Positions 1 through 10,501 of a DNA stretch of 64,000 nucleotides are shown here, piece by piece (the first letter of the stretch is position 1; each line of letters opens with the position of its first letter). The notes under the pieces were generated by a model that was given only the letters and a program-made list of their open reading frames with translations, had not been told where the DNA came from and made no database searches. This DNA comes from an uncultured Candidatus Bathyarchaeia archaeon (GTDB lineage: Archaea; Thermoproteota; Bathyarchaeia; Bathyarchaeales; Bathycorpusculaceae): the NCBI GenBank assembly GCA_964636425.1, contig CAZWRU010000005.1:4982-68981 (forward strand). The letters are read 5' to 3'. The position numbers were made by a program, and so were the translations under genes.

Positions 1-1021
1 AGGCGGGTATGTCATAGACGTCTAGTGAGCGGGTGCCTACGAACCGTTTGAGCATAAGCAGAAGTAATGATTGAGGTGAGCCGTAGCGGAACCAAACTTG
101 CGGAGTAAACACGTTACCGGCGGATTTGCTTATTTTCTTTCCACCTTTGTCGAGGAACATCTCGTATTTGGCATGGCTTGGGGGTTCAAATTCGAGTACC
201 TCTCTGCATATGCGGTCATTGATGCGTACGGAGTCAGCGATGTCTTTTCCGTAAGCTTCAAAACGTATATCGAGTGCTTTCCATCGGGCGGCAAATTCGC
301 TTTTCCAGGTCAGTTTGCCTTCGCCTTTGGTGATGTCGGCTTCTCCTTCATGGCCACAACCTTGAATAAGTTTACCACGGATTTCTAACCCTTCACATTT
401 GTAGGTGACTTTGTCGGTTTTGGGGTCATATTTGTATGCTCTTGTTGTGTAAAGGTGGCCGCATTTTTCACAGACCGCAAAATAGGGTAGAACCTCAGTG
501 TAGGTTTCCTGACCTACCTCCTGCTTAACAATTTCTCCAACTTGCTTTGCCTTTTTAAGTATGGTTCGGATTTCATTCAGAAGCAAGCCTTTTTTGTAGA
601 CCTCATTTGCCGAGTAATACTTGTATTGGATATTACATTTGTCCAAAGCTTCCAGCAGCAAAGAACTCATATGCTTGCCGTAGCTTTCGTGGCAGCCAAA
701 CGGATCAGGTATCGCAGAAACCGAGTAACCTAAATATTTTTCCATGTCCTTGGAAAGCCCCGCCGGAACCTTTCGTAAACCATCTTTATCATCACAAAAC
801 GCGACCAATTCAGAATTACAACCTAAATTCTTTAACGCCAATGTGACCGCGTATGAACGTGTTGCATCACCCAAACTGCCTATGTGAGGAAAACCTGAGG
901 CGCCCAGACCCATTTCGGTGCGGACTTTATCCATGTTTCTGCCCAGTTTACGCTCGCGGTCGATTATCTTCTTAGCCATCATATCATACCATGTGCCGTG
1001 GCCGATAGTCTCTTCACTCAT
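1..1021 (-). CDS. lysK: lysine--tRNA ligase, class I (N-terminal ~340 aa; gene runs off the window start)
   Basis: Absent from the ORF track because it is truncated by the window edge. Reverse translation from ATG at 1019-1021 gives MSEETIGHGTWYDMMAKKIIDRERKLG... It has a HIGH-type motif (GFPHIGSLGD) and a KMSKS-type motif (KISKSAGN). No stop back to position 1. Confidence 0.8.
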   Translation of the reverse strand, partial: MSEETIGHGTWYDMMAKKIIDRERKLGRNMDKVRTEMGLGASGFPHIGSLGDATRSYAVTLALKNLGCNSELVAFCDDKDGLRKVPAGLSKDMEKYLGYSVSAIPDPFGCHESYGKHMSSLLLEALDKCNIQYKYYSANEVYKKGLLLNEIRTILKKAKQVGEIVKQEVGQETYTEVLPYFAVCEKCGHLYTTRAYKYDPKTDKVTYKCEGLEIRGKLIQGCGHEGEADITKGEGKLTWKSEFAARWKALDIRFEAYGKDIADSVRINDRICREVLEFEPPSHAKYEMFLDKGGKKISKSAGNVFTPQVWFRYGSPQSLLLLMLKRFVGTRSLDVYDIPA

Positions 1022-1090
1022 AAAGTAAGCCTTCTGCAACAGTGACTATACAATGAAATAGAAAAATGTTTAGAGCAAAAGCTCGCTTGA

Positions 1091-1432
1091 TTACCATCTA
1101 TTTTTTAACGCTTCTGTGATGGCCAAGATGCCAAAGACTAGCAGAATCAGCGCAACCGAATATAACCAGTTAAACATTGCAAGATACCATGCTGCGCCAA
1201 CCGCGATTAAAATTAGGCCCATGCTAAAAGTGCCGAAAGTACTATGTGAATACATCTTTGCGTTGGGTCCTCGTACTGCCGACAAAGCAATTATCCAGAT
1301 GCCGAAGAGGATCAAAATAACTGGCGCTACTAAATTATCTTTTATGAGGCCGGATACGTAAAGCAGTATTGCTATTACAAGGATGATGAAGAAAGCACCG
1401 ATTGTTAATAGAGACCGTTTAGATTCAGTCAA
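1091..1432 (-). CDS. small integral membrane protein (about 4 predicted TM helices), function unknown
   Basis: 113-aa ORF, almost entirely hydrophobic helical segments (LLTIGAFFIILVIAILLYV, VILILFGIWIIALSAV, LILIAVGAAWYL, LILLVFGILAI). Confidence 0.5.
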   Translation of the reverse strand: MTESKRSLLTIGAFFIILVIAILLYVSGLIKDNLVAPVILILFGIWIIALSAVRGPNAKMYSHSTFGTFSMGLILIAVGAAWYLAMFNWLYSVALILLVFGILAITEALKNRW

Positions 1433-1568
1433 TTCCCTGCTTCCTCAGATAAAGAAAGGCGTATTTTAAGTATAAATCCTTTTTCTCGCCTAATTTATAA
1501 TCTCCGCCAATATTATATTCGATGAAGATAAAATGGCTCTTTTAAAGTTCTTTTGAAGTGAACTGGGC

Positions 1569-2315
1569 CTAAAATTTAGATAAGGGTATATCGCCTTTAA
1601 GCACTGTTCCTGTAGCTCCATCAATAATGAGTTGATACCGTTTACTCCTGTACTCATATTTAATGAACCAGAACGGAGCATGCAAATAAACCATTCGTTT
1701 CAGGTCTAACTCGGTCTTTAAATCTACAATGCGGTCGACATCCTGCTGAAGAAGGTAGCGATTGTGTTCTTCAATTTGCTTACTAGCAAGCTTTAAAGCA
1801 GTCTCACGATCAATTTCGCTATTCAATAATTTAGCAAAGCCTTCAATTTTCCTAAAATCGTAAGGTATCTTTCCCTCTATGGGTACCTGGTACTCACGTG
1901 TAGGGAACTCTGCGGCTTGTCTAGCCAATACAAGCCAATCATGTTCCTTCTCAATTGTGCCTTCTTTAACTATTGCTGGAGATATGCGCTCGAATATGCC
2001 TTTATATGTTGTTTTAGCCTGAGTAGAAATTATCCAGAACGGTAGATAGATTAGATTCTTCTCAATAAACTTTGATCTTCTGAATAAATCACCTGGTTTT
2101 AGAAATCCGCCCTGCATCCAACTGGCTATTGGTGCTTCTATTGTTGCCTGATCATACTTGTTAAGAATCAGTGAATGTTCAAAAGTGAATGCTTTGCCGG
2201 TTTCGATTACTGTAGTGAAGCCACAGTATTTGCATGTGGCAATGATTTCTCCTGGTTTAAAATCTACAGGGCCGCTGCAGTGACTGCATCTGATGCTTCG
2301 AGCTACTACATGCAT
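1569..2315 (-). CDS. zinc-ribbon protein, function unknown
   Basis: 248-aa ORF. N-terminal CxxC...CxxC ribbon (CSHCSGP...CKYCG). Two similar hydrophobic motifs (YLPFWII; HAPFWFIKYEY...IDGATG). Starts 2 nt after the upstream FAD-protein gene, so probably co-transcribed. Confidence 0.55.
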   Translation of the reverse strand: MHVVARSIRCSHCSGPVDFKPGEIIATCKYCGFTTVIETGKAFTFEHSLILNKYDQATIEAPIASWMQGGFLKPGDLFRRSKFIEKNLIYLPFWIISTQAKTTYKGIFERISPAIVKEGTIEKEHDWLVLARQAAEFPTREYQVPIEGKIPYDFRKIEGFAKLLNSEIDRETALKLASKQIEEHNRYLLQQDVDRIVDLKTELDLKRMVYLHAPFWFIKYEYRSKRYQLIIDGATGTVLKGDIPLSKF

Positions 2316-2317
2316 TA

Positions 2318-3700
2318 TTATGCCTTCATATTTTCGCGTTTCATGATTTCTCTTGCCACAATAACTCCTGATGCTGAAGCCTGGATTAATCCTCTGGTGA
2401 CGCCTGCGCCATCCCCGATGGTGAACATGTTCTGTATCTTGGTTTCTAATGTGTGGTTGAGTTGAAGGTGTGATGAGTAGAATTTTACTTCAACACCATA
2501 GAGCAGAGTGTCTCTTGAGTGTACTCCAGGCGCTATGATATCTAATGTTTGAAGCATTTCTCTTATGTCTGAAAGGTACCTGTAGGGTAAAACAAAGCTT
2601 AGATCTCCAGGAGTGGCGTTTTTCAGTGAGGGCGTTACGATGCTTCGGGCAAGTCTTTCTTGTGTTGTTCTGCGTCCTGCAACTAAGTCCCCTAAGCGTT
2701 GAACCATTACTCCCCCGCTTAGCAGGTTAGATAATCGCGCGATATATTTGCCGTAGGCAATCGGTTCTTTAAATGGTTCTGTAAATGAAGTGCTAACTAG
2801 CACTGCAAAGTTAGTGTTATCGGTTCTTCTTTCAGCGTAGCTTCCACCGTTTACAGTTAAGACTCCATCATATGATTCAGTGGTGACTTCGCCGTAGGGT
2901 GAAACACAAAATGTTCTGACCATGTCATCAAAAAGTTTTGAGTAGTAAATGAGTTTAGGCTCATAAAGCACATCGGTTAATCTTTCCATGGCAGTGGCTG
3001 AGACTTCAACTCGAACACCCACGTCTACTGGATTATTTACGGTCTTTAAGCCACGTACTTGGGCTTCGGTTTGTAACCATTCCGCGCCACCTCTGCCAGG
3101 GGCGACAATCACATATTTGCCCTTGATTTTTTCTCCACTTGCAGTTTCAATACCTTGGATAGTGTTATTTTCAACAAGTAGCCCCTTAACGTTTGTTTTA
3201 GGCATGAAGGTTATCTTATCGTTTAGTTCTTTGCGCATACGGCGCAGGGTATCTGCACATTTTTCGGTGCCCATATGACGTACTTCTTGCCTAACAAGTC
3301 TGAGACCTGCGGCGGCTGCTTGGCGTTCGATTAAATCTACCTTATCTGTATCTCCACCGAAAACTTGCTCGCTTGCGCCGAACTTTAGGTAAATGTTATC
3401 AACATATTTGACCAACGAGGTGAGTTCGCCATCTGAGATGTACTGATTTAGCCAACCCCCTACTTCATTGGATAATGTAAGTTTACCATCACTGTATGCG
3501 CCAGCGCCACCCCAACCTGAAAGAATAGAGCAAGGATCACAATGGCGACATTCCAAGCCCCTGCTTGAAGGGCATTTGCGCTTGTCGATTTCTGGACCTC
3601 TATCAAGAATAAGGACATCTAGTTTCTTTTTTTGTGCAAGCTCTAATGCTGAGAATATACCTGCTGGACCTGCGCCAACGATAATCACATCGTACTTCAA
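2318..3700 (-). CDS. FAD-dependent oxidoreductase (uncharacterised NAD(FAD)-utilising dehydrogenase type)
   Basis: 460-aa ORF. N-terminal dinucleotide fold DVIIVGAGPAGIFSALELA and C-terminal GDGAGVTRG FAD motif. Confidence 0.8.
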   Translation of the reverse strand: MKYDVIIVGAGPAGIFSALELAQKKKLDVLILDRGPEIDKRKCPSSRGLECRHCDPCSILSGWGGAGAYSDGKLTLSNEVGGWLNQYISDGELTSLVKYVDNIYLKFGASEQVFGGDTDKVDLIERQAAAAGLRLVRQEVRHMGTEKCADTLRRMRKELNDKITFMPKTNVKGLLVENNTIQGIETASGEKIKGKYVIVAPGRGGAEWLQTEAQVRGLKTVNNPVDVGVRVEVSATAMERLTDVLYEPKLIYYSKLFDDMVRTFCVSPYGEVTTESYDGVLTVNGGSYAERRTDNTNFAVLVSTSFTEPFKEPIAYGKYIARLSNLLSGGVMVQRLGDLVAGRRTTQERLARSIVTPSLKNATPGDLSFVLPYRYLSDIREMLQTLDIIAPGVHSRDTLLYGVEVKFYSSHLQLNHTLETKIQNMFTIGDGAGVTRGLIQASASGVIVAREIMKRENMKA

Positions 3701-3879
3701 AGGGCATTAACTCCTCGGAACCCAAAAGTAGATGCAATAACTAGCATATATTAATAGCGAAAAAATAAGCGAGGAATTTAATCATTATAAGTTAACAAAT
3801 ATTCTTCGCAGTTAAGAAAGAGAAGGATTTTGTTTTTCCCTTTTTATTTATCAAAAAAATTCGTAGATTTATTGATTGT

Positions 3880-4242
3880 CTATTGTTTTGAATAAGGGAT
3901 CAGACAGATGAACTTCAAAGTTGTTTTGCCGCTGTTTATAAATTGATGTAATTCGTTTGAGGGAATAAAGACTATATCAGCCGATTTTAAGGGCAAATTT
4001 CTCTCTCCATCAAACAGTTGCCCTTCTCCCTCTAAAATGAAACTTTCGTGTTCCCATTGATGCTTGTGAAGTGGAGTGTACCCGTTTGGCTCAACTTCAA
4101 AAACTCGCATTGCAAAATTTTCTGCGCCCATTTCCTTTGTGATAAGCCAGCGTACTTTAACTCCCACAGACCCTTCGGTAGTAACATCCTCCGCTTTTAT
4201 TGTATCATAGCGGAAAACTTTGCTCATAGTGTTTTGGCTCAA
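3880..4242 (-). CDS. cupin domain protein
   Basis: 120-aa ORF with cupin motifs (GYTPLHKHQWEHESFILEGEG ... FIPSNELHQFIN). Confidence 0.75.
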   Translation of the reverse strand: MSQNTMSKVFRYDTIKAEDVTTEGSVGVKVRWLITKEMGAENFAMRVFEVEPNGYTPLHKHQWEHESFILEGEGQLFDGERNLPLKSADIVFIPSNELHQFINSGKTTLKFICLIPYSKQ

Positions 4243-4260
4243 TTTAAATAATTTTATTGT

Positions 4261-4551
4261 TTAGTCTTTTATGGCTTCGATTAAACTCATAATGTTCCAG
4301 AGTTTAACTCTTGTATAGGCAGGCATATTCGGATCCTGTAGAATTTCATCAAGAATCGATATTACATTTGAAGCGCGAACTGCATTTGTAAATTCTCCAC
4401 TTTGTAGAGCGCTCATCGAATCTTTAGCTGCACGTCTGATGTTTCTTGGCGTGGTGCTGTCCTCTGAAACTTGTCCCAAAACAAACAATGCTTGTTTTAT
4501 TCTCTCTTCGTACTCCTCAGTTTTTTTCTTTCGTACCATGACGGTAGCCAC
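4261..4551 (-). CDS. UPF0147-family small archaeal protein
   Basis: 96-aa ORF. The helical pattern (PRNIRRAAKDSMSAL ... ILDEILQDPNMPAYTRVKLWNIMSLIEAI) matches my recollection of the archaeal UPF0147 family. Confidence 0.65.
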   Translation of the reverse strand: MATVMVRKKKTEEYEERIKQALFVLGQVSEDSTTPRNIRRAAKDSMSALQSGEFTNAVRASNVISILDEILQDPNMPAYTRVKLWNIMSLIEAIKD

Positions 4552-4602
4552 CTACTGCATCTCGCAGTGAACCATCTTAATAAGTGTTGATACCTATTTA
4601 CT

Positions 4603-4977
4603 TTGGGGTCAAAAATGCAACCAAAAACAAACGATGACCATATCAAACGAATGGCTGATTTACTAAGACAAGGAGCAACCCTTACCGATCTAGCATGTCC
4701 AGTCTGTTCTTCTCCCCTCTTCAGACTTAAAGACGGCACTTTATGGTGCGGTAAGGACGAAAAGAAAGTCATCATAGTTAAAGAAGGAGACGAACCAACT
4801 AAACCGGCAGTTAATCCAGCTATGGAAACCCTTGAAGCTACATTAATGGCTAAAGTCACAAACCTGCAAGATAAAATACAAAAAACCGATGACGTCGAAG
4901 AACTAGGCAAGTTAACAAATGCGCTTTCAGAAATTCTCGACAGTCTTGAGAAGATAAAGCGGATGAAGAAGAGCTAA
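4603..4977 (+). CDS. UPF0148 / autoantigen-p27-like zinc-ribbon protein
   Basis: 124-aa ORF. MADLLRQGATLTDLACPVCSSPLFRLKDGTLWCGKD ribbon followed by a coiled-coil tail. Confidence 0.6.
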   Translation: MGSKMQPKTNDDHIKRMADLLRQGATLTDLACPVCSSPLFRLKDGTLWCGKDEKKVIIVKEGDEPTKPAVNPAMETLEATLMAKVTNLQDKIQKTDDVEELGKLTNALSEILDSLEKIKRMKKS

Positions 4978-4984
4978 GCACCAA

Positions 4985-5494
4985 ATGCTCGGTTTATACG
5001 AAAATTTTCCCCATATATTACATTTAACTAAAGTCTACACATCTAACTTATCAAAAAAGGCCTCCCAAGAGCGCATAATTAAGATTCTCAAAGAAATAAA
5101 CCGTAAAAATCTCACTTTCGAAGAAGTGGGCAATCCAGAAATACCCAATTCAACTGTAATTTTCGAGATAGGCATAGCTGATTCCCACTGCTTTACCTTC
5201 ATGGACAAAGAAGAAACTCAAAAAATACTAAACACAATCGATGTTCAAGCCTTCAATATAATGGATTTCTTTTGCGTTATTCGATACTACAAAAATACCT
5301 CTCCAAAGAAGAAGCCCCTAAAATTCGACTACTACATGATACGCATAATCTTCGGTAAAGATCGCAGCATCGATTTTCAGATTTTTCATGAACGAGGCCC
5401 ACGCTATATCTCCCCTCACGGCCTTCTATCGTTCATTATCAATAAAATTAATGCTGGTTTTTCAAAAAAAATCTTGAAAATGGAATCCACTTAA
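4985..5494 (+). CDS. hypothetical protein
   Basis: 169-aa ORF in a tight gene array. No motif recognised. Confidence 0.45.
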   Translation: MLGLYENFPHILHLTKVYTSNLSKKASQERIIKILKEINRKNLTFEEVGNPEIPNSTVIFEIGIADSHCFTFMDKEETQKILNTIDVQAFNIMDFFCVIRYYKNTSPKKKPLKFDYYMIRIIFGKDRSIDFQIFHERGPRYISPHGLLSFIINKINAGFSKKILKMEST

Positions 5495-6099
5495 TTTCGA
5501 GTTTTTAAAAACTTAGATATGATATCAAATGCTTCTTTTGTTACCTCTTGTTTAGGTTTATTGCCATCAACGAGAACGAGTTCTCCCTTCTTAACGAATT
5601 TAAGATATATCTCGCGTACTTTGCTTTGAGTTTCCAAGTTCTCCATTAAACTCTTCTTACGTTTTAGTCGTTGTAACACTACCTCAGGAGTTACATCTAT
5701 GAAAATAGCTAAATCTGGCTTTAGAGCAAGCTGATTAATTGTTTCAATCCACTCTAGTGTTAATCCTGCGCTTCCTTGATATGATAAGGACGAGTAAATG
5801 TATCGATCAGAAACCACTATTTTTCCCTCATCTAAAGCTGGCTGTACCTCCTTCTGTATATGATCAATACGATCAGCCGCAAAAAGTAAGGCTTCAATAG
5901 AAACTGAAGTGCGATTTGCGCCGTAAAGTATACTTTTGCGGATAAACGAACCTATTTTACCCCGACTCGGTTCTGCAGTATAAACTGTATTATGACTTTC
6001 GCGTAATTTTTTAGAAAGTATTTTTGCCTGTGTAGTTTTTCCAGAACCATCCAATCCTTCAATGACTATAAAAACGCCTTTCTTGCTCACTTCAATCAT
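5491..6099 (-). CDS. tmk: dTMP (thymidylate) kinase
   Basis: 202-aa ORF. P-loop IVIEGLDGSGKTTQ and a DRY-type motif (SDRYIYSSLSYQ). Confidence 0.9.
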   Translation of the reverse strand: MIEVSKKGVFIVIEGLDGSGKTTQAKILSKKLRESHNTVYTAEPSRGKIGSFIRKSILYGANRTSVSIEALLFAADRIDHIQKEVQPALDEGKIVVSDRYIYSSLSYQGSAGLTLEWIETINQLALKPDLAIFIDVTPEVVLQRLKRKKSLMENLETQSKVREIYLKFVKKGELVLVDGNKPKQEVTKEAFDIISKFLKTRN

Positions 6100-6172
6100 C
6101 CTGACTTATGTGTAATGGTTAAGCATTAATGAGAGACGCATAAATATAATTTGACAAAAGAGACGATGAAAA

Positions 6173-7453
6173 ATGCCAAAAGCTTACTGGGGGGAGGTTA
6201 AAGATCCCGTACACGGATACGTGTACCTTACTGAATCTGAAAAAACAGTTATGGATTCTTATCCCATGCAGCGATTGCGCAGGCTTAGACAACTAGCCGG
6301 TTCAGAGTATGTCTATCCTGGAGCAAATCACACACGCTTTGAGCACTGCATTGGCGTCATGTATCTAGCTGGCAAAGTACTAGAAAATCCGTCAATTAGT
6401 CGTATAGTTACCGATGAGGAAGCAGAAGTTGCTCGTATCGCTGCATTACTTCATGATGTTGGGCATGGCCCATTTTCCCACGTTTTTGAACATCTTTTAC
6501 TTCGCGATTTGAATCGCACCCATGAAGATATGACCACATGGCTTGTCGAGAAAAGCGAAGTAGGTGAAGCGCTCTCAAAGATGGGGTATAATCCTGTAGA
6601 GGTTAGCAAGCTTGCGGTGGGCAAGTTGCATAAACCAAAAAAAGCCTTTCTAGATCAGGTGATAAGTAGTGCAGTGGATGTGGATAAACAAGACTTTATT
6701 GTAAGAGATACCTTCCACACCGGCGCTGAATATGGTTTTATAGATGTTTTTAGACTCATTCATGCGTTAGATGTTTTGGATGAGAATTTAGCTGTTGAAG
6801 TAGGTGCGTTATCTGCACTAGAGTCATTTGTTATTGCCCGTATTGAGTCCTTCAAAAGCATCTATTTCCATCGCGTTGGTAGAGCTGCCCAAATAATGCT
6901 CGCAACCGCCATGGAAAAAGCAAACGAAGAGCTCGGATTAACCTCATTTAAGACTCCTGAAGAATACCTTGCTATGGACGATTATACTGTCTGGGCCGCA
7001 GTGAAGAAATGCGAAAAATCACGTCCAATAATAGAGAATTTAGAGCGTCGCAAAATGCTCAAATGCGCCTACGAAAGAACCTTCTATGAAAAAGACACAA
7101 TGGTATCGAATATTTTTAGCCGTGATACATACAGGAAACAGGTTCAGACTGAAATCGCACAAGCCGCAGGATTAGAAACTGATGCTGTAGTGATTGATGT
7201 GCCCACTTTACCATCCGTTCCTTATCACCATTCCGCAGTGATGGAGCACATGGAAATCCCCGTCTTTAGTCGAACCCAAGCAGGCGAACGAACCCTTTAT
7301 AGGCTAAGTGAAATTTCCAAGATATTCGAAACGCTCAAAGGGTTCATCAATATCTTACGTGTCTACAGTGATGCGGAAAATCGTGAACGTGTAGAAAAGG
7401 CGACATTAAAAGTGCTTGGCAGAATTCCTGCAACCGCAAAGATTTCATATTGA
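6173..7453 (+). CDS. HD-domain phosphohydrolase (dNTP triphosphohydrolase / SAMHD1-like class)
   Basis: 426-aa ORF. HD signature RFEHCIGV ... LLHDVGHGPFSH ... DVDKQDFIVRD. Confidence 0.85.
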   Translation: MPKAYWGEVKDPVHGYVYLTESEKTVMDSYPMQRLRRLRQLAGSEYVYPGANHTRFEHCIGVMYLAGKVLENPSISRIVTDEEAEVARIAALLHDVGHGPFSHVFEHLLLRDLNRTHEDMTTWLVEKSEVGEALSKMGYNPVEVSKLAVGKLHKPKKAFLDQVISSAVDVDKQDFIVRDTFHTGAEYGFIDVFRLIHALDVLDENLAVEVGALSALESFVIARIESFKSIYFHRVGRAAQIMLATAMEKANEELGLTSFKTPEEYLAMDDYTVWAAVKKCEKSRPIIENLERRKMLKCAYERTFYEKDTMVSNIFSRDTYRKQVQTEIAQAAGLETDAVVIDVPTLPSVPYHHSAVMEHMEIPVFSRTQAGERTLYRLSEISKIFETLKGFINILRVYSDAENRERVEKATLKVLGRIPATAKISY

Positions 7454-7510
7454 CCAGCGTATACAGTACTAATCAGCAAATTGATTGATGCTCAACCGTG
7501 AACTAAAAAA

Positions 7511-8041
7511 TTGAGGGGCAGAAAAATGGAAAAGAGTACAAAAAATAAAACTAAAAACAAAATAATCAAGGTTAAAATCAGTAAAAAGCAGCCCGAACAA
7601 GCAACGCTTTTTACATCTAATGAAGTTAGGCGATTTGTAAATGAATTTGTTACCTCTTGGATACGAGGTGAAATCATTATACGTTTTCCTACTGCTGTTG
7701 AATTAAGTAAAAAGAATCCCTTAGCAATAGCTTTTCCTACCGATCCCTCCGTTAGTCAAGAACTAAAAATTAAGGAGCATTACGTTGATCTGCTCTCAAT
7801 ATGTGCTGGAATTAAACCCGCATCCGTAAGTGAGCAAGACCAAGCAATCGCAGATGTTTTCCGAATACTGCTCATGTTTCGTTCAGCTAACAGAATAGAA
7901 GGCAAAATCCCCTCTGCTGATTTCGAAAAACGTGTAACTAACCTTGAAGAAAAAGTGCAGTCAACAGGCAAGTTGGTTGAGCAAATAACTGGCTTTTTGT
8001 TTAAACCTAAAGAAGCTACCTCTGAAGCACCTAAACCATAA
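7511..8041 (+). CDS. hypothetical protein with Lys-rich N-terminus
   Basis: 176-aa ORF (TTG at 7511, alternative ATG at 7526). No motif recognised. Confidence 0.4.
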   Translation: MRGRKMEKSTKNKTKNKIIKVKISKKQPEQATLFTSNEVRRFVNEFVTSWIRGEIIIRFPTAVELSKKNPLAIAFPTDPSVSQELKIKEHYVDLLSICAGIKPASVSEQDQAIADVFRILLMFRSANRIEGKIPSADFEKRVTNLEEKVQSTGKLVEQITGFLFKPKEATSEAPKP

Positions 8042-8103
8042 AAAGAAGGGTAAGGTTTATTCGAAAGAATTAGCATTCTGCTTGTGCTCTTCTCAAAAGA
8101 CGT

Positions 8104-8178
8104 GCTCCGGTAGTATAGTCCGGTCAAGTATTCCGGCCTTTCGAGCCGAAGACCCGGGTCCGAATCCCGGCCGGAGCA
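8104..8178 (+). tRNA. tRNA-Glu (anticodon UUC)
   Basis: Cloverleaf folded by hand. Acceptor GCTCCGG/CCGGAGC, anticodon loop CTTTCGA, T-arm CCGGG-TCCGAAT-CCCGG, discriminator A. One C-A mismatch at the top of the anticodon stem. No encoded CCA. Confidence 0.9.
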
Positions 8179-8228
8179 CCTCGTTCTCTTTACTCAAAAC
8201 CTCCAGAGTGAAATGTTCAAGATACAAA

Positions 8229-9170
8229 TTAATCAAGTTCAAAAACTTTTTTCAGTAGTGGGTCAATTGTATAGCGTGCTTGCAAGTTCCATTCGTCATT
8301 AGTTATTATGTCATGGTCTCCATGTATTTTTAAAAAATGTGTTTCAACTTTTGTGGCCTGTAATTTGGAGTTAAATGCTTCAGCGATTTGTATCGGCACA
8401 ACTTCATCGTAATATCCGTGTATGAACACAAAAACGGGGCTATCAGCCGCGGCATAAGTTGATGGTGAAGCTTCTATCCATAAATCAGGATTCTGTTCAT
8501 AGGAAACGCCGCCAAACGCGTTTCTTATTATATTATAGAGGGTGGATGACTTAAAATGTTCTCCAACATATTTTAGGTCTGTAACTCCTGCATAATTGAT
8601 AACTAAGCGGATTTGGCTCTTAATTGACTCCTGCAGACTTAGTTCAGAAAGGAATGGTTCGTTCCCTGAAATGGTGCCCATAAGTGAAGCCAATTGTCCT
8701 CCCGCACTGGTCCCTAACACCGCTATTTTTTTTGTATCAATTCGATAAAGTTCTGCGTTATCCTTGATGAAACGAAGGGCCGCAATAACATCACGAATGT
8801 TCTCCGGCCAAGCTGAGCTATTAGGAGCTGATAATGTATAGTCAATTGAGAATCCGGCTATTCCTCGTTTAGCATAAAGAATTGCTGTTGCATTTAGATC
8901 GCTTCGGTTGCCTCTTACCCACCCCCCGGCATGAATGTATATTATTGCTGGGAAGGGTCCATCACCGTTTGGTAGGTAGACATCCATAAGATGATAGGGA
9001 TTAGAATCATTTAGGTAACGAATGCCACTTTGACTAGTATAGTCTGTGATTTCTGGGAGTAGTGCTGATTCATCTTGATTATTTTGTTGCTCGTTGCTCA
9101 AGAAAATAAACAAAGTTAACATGATAGCCAAAAGAGAGATGATAGTAGCTACAATGTAGCGGTACTTCAA
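8229..9170 (-). CDS. alpha/beta-hydrolase (esterase/lipase type) with N-terminal membrane anchor
   Basis: 313-aa ORF. Oxyanion-hole motif IHAGGW, nucleophile elbow GTSAGG, C-terminal HGDHD. N-terminal TM helix. Confidence 0.8.
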   Translation of the reverse strand: MKYRYIVATIISLLAIMLTLFIFLSNEQQNNQDESALLPEITDYTSQSGIRYLNDSNPYHLMDVYLPNGDGPFPAIIYIHAGGWVRGNRSDLNATAILYAKRGIAGFSIDYTLSAPNSSAWPENIRDVIAALRFIKDNAELYRIDTKKIAVLGTSAGGQLASLMGTISGNEPFLSELSLQESIKSQIRLVINYAGVTDLKYVGEHFKSSTLYNIIRNAFGGVSYEQNPDLWIEASPSTYAAADSPVFVFIHGYYDEVVPIQIAEAFNSKLQATKVETHFLKIHGDHDIITNDEWNLQARYTIDPLLKKVFELD

Positions 9171-9241
9171 ACTATTTGTCCCCTACTACTATAGCCCAGC
9201 GCTTTAACTATTCATTCTGGTTGTTCAGGTTAAAATATTTT

Positions 9242-10324
9242 TTACATGATCTTTTTCTTTAAAAAGCCCGTCCAGACGTGATATTTACTGCGATAATCCC
9301 AGACCATGAATCCGAACGGAACAATAACAAGCAGGACAACGATTCGCGTAACTTGATAGATATAGAACATTACATCATTGAGAGCAAAACATTCCACCCT
9401 GCCAAATAAATAATTTAAGATAACAAAACTAACAAAAGGCTCAGACAGGTAGATAAAGGCACTACGATCTACTATCTGTTTACTGATGCCGTGAACTGGA
9501 ACTTTTATTTTTCGTAAAATCAACAAAGTTAACAGAACAAAGCTTAACGTTAGCATTATACTGCGACAATTAAAGTAAAATTGAGCTTGCAACGCGTTAA
9601 AGGTAGTGTTGTAATTGAATAGACCTGATAAATCAAATGAGAAGAAAACTGCTGTTGGTATAGCAAAAAACGCCATCTTGTAAGTCATTAATTTCTCATA
9701 CAGGTTAAGTTTGCTGATGAAGAAGCCAAAGACAAAAACTAACAGGTACTGACTGAAAAGGGAATCAAACCTTAAAGGAGAGTTATAGACCCAAAGAAGA
9801 GAAGTGCCTAATAGAACCGCTGAGATAATCAGCAACTGTTTTTTTGTACTCTTGACATACCTTTCTAATACACAGGTAATTGCCATAAATAATAAAAGAA
9901 AAGGGATGAACCAAAGTGTGCTCCAATTATAAGCCGCATTTAGATCAGCAAAAACGTTTAACATAGAAACCTGAGTAATCACGTGCATCGGTCCTACTTT
10001 TGCTCCCATCGCTGCCTCCAGAACTAAATAAAACAATACTGCCATAACGAATGGAACATAAAGCGTTTGAATTTTGGATTTAAAAAAGAGCCTGAGACTT
10101 TTTCCCCGACTATGAAATGACGAATATGCCAAATATCCTCCTGTAAAGAAAAATATACTCAATAAATACCATTGAACTGGATTCATAATTTTTGGATATG
10201 CAACCGCCAGGTCACTGTGAAAAAAGATTAGTAAAATAAGCGCGATGACTTTTAGGATAGTCAATTCGGAAATCGAATGTGACCGCGAAGTAGCATCGCC
10301 GATAAGTCTGTCGCCTGACGCCAT
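9242..10324 (-). CDS. acyltransferase-3 family integral membrane protein
   Basis: 360-aa polytopic membrane ORF, about 10 TM helices. The early conserved His region (LLIFFHSD) is typical of membrane O-acyltransferases. Confidence 0.65.
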   Translation of the reverse strand: MASGDRLIGDATSRSHSISELTILKVIALILLIFFHSDLAVAYPKIMNPVQWYLLSIFFFTGGYLAYSSFHSRGKSLRLFFKSKIQTLYVPFVMAVLFYLVLEAAMGAKVGPMHVITQVSMLNVFADLNAAYNWSTLWFIPFLLLFMAITCVLERYVKSTKKQLLIISAVLLGTSLLWVYNSPLRFDSLFSQYLLVFVFGFFISKLNLYEKLMTYKMAFFAIPTAVFFSFDLSGLFNYNTTFNALQAQFYFNCRSIMLTLSFVLLTLLILRKIKVPVHGISKQIVDRSAFIYLSEPFVSFVILNYLFGRVECFALNDVMFYIYQVTRIVVLLVIVPFGFMVWDYRSKYHVWTGFLKKKIM

Positions 10325-10501
10325 CAGAATTCCTGTTTTTACCTGCCAAGCAACAAAATAATTATTAACTGTTTAGGAAAAATCAAGGAACATTATGAAA
10401 AATATACAATAAAATAAATCGTGATACCAAACAAACAAAAGCCGTATCCTATCTTAATGACTCATATTCGAACCCGAAAACATTATCAAACATCTCAGAA
10501 A

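Noticed and set aside
4497-4910. 137-aa minus-strand ORF overlapping the UPF0148-like gene
   Set aside because: It is antisense to a gene with a recognisable zinc-ribbon family signature, has a Ser-rich low-complexity product, and overlaps the UPF0147 gene start. It looks like a shadow ORF.
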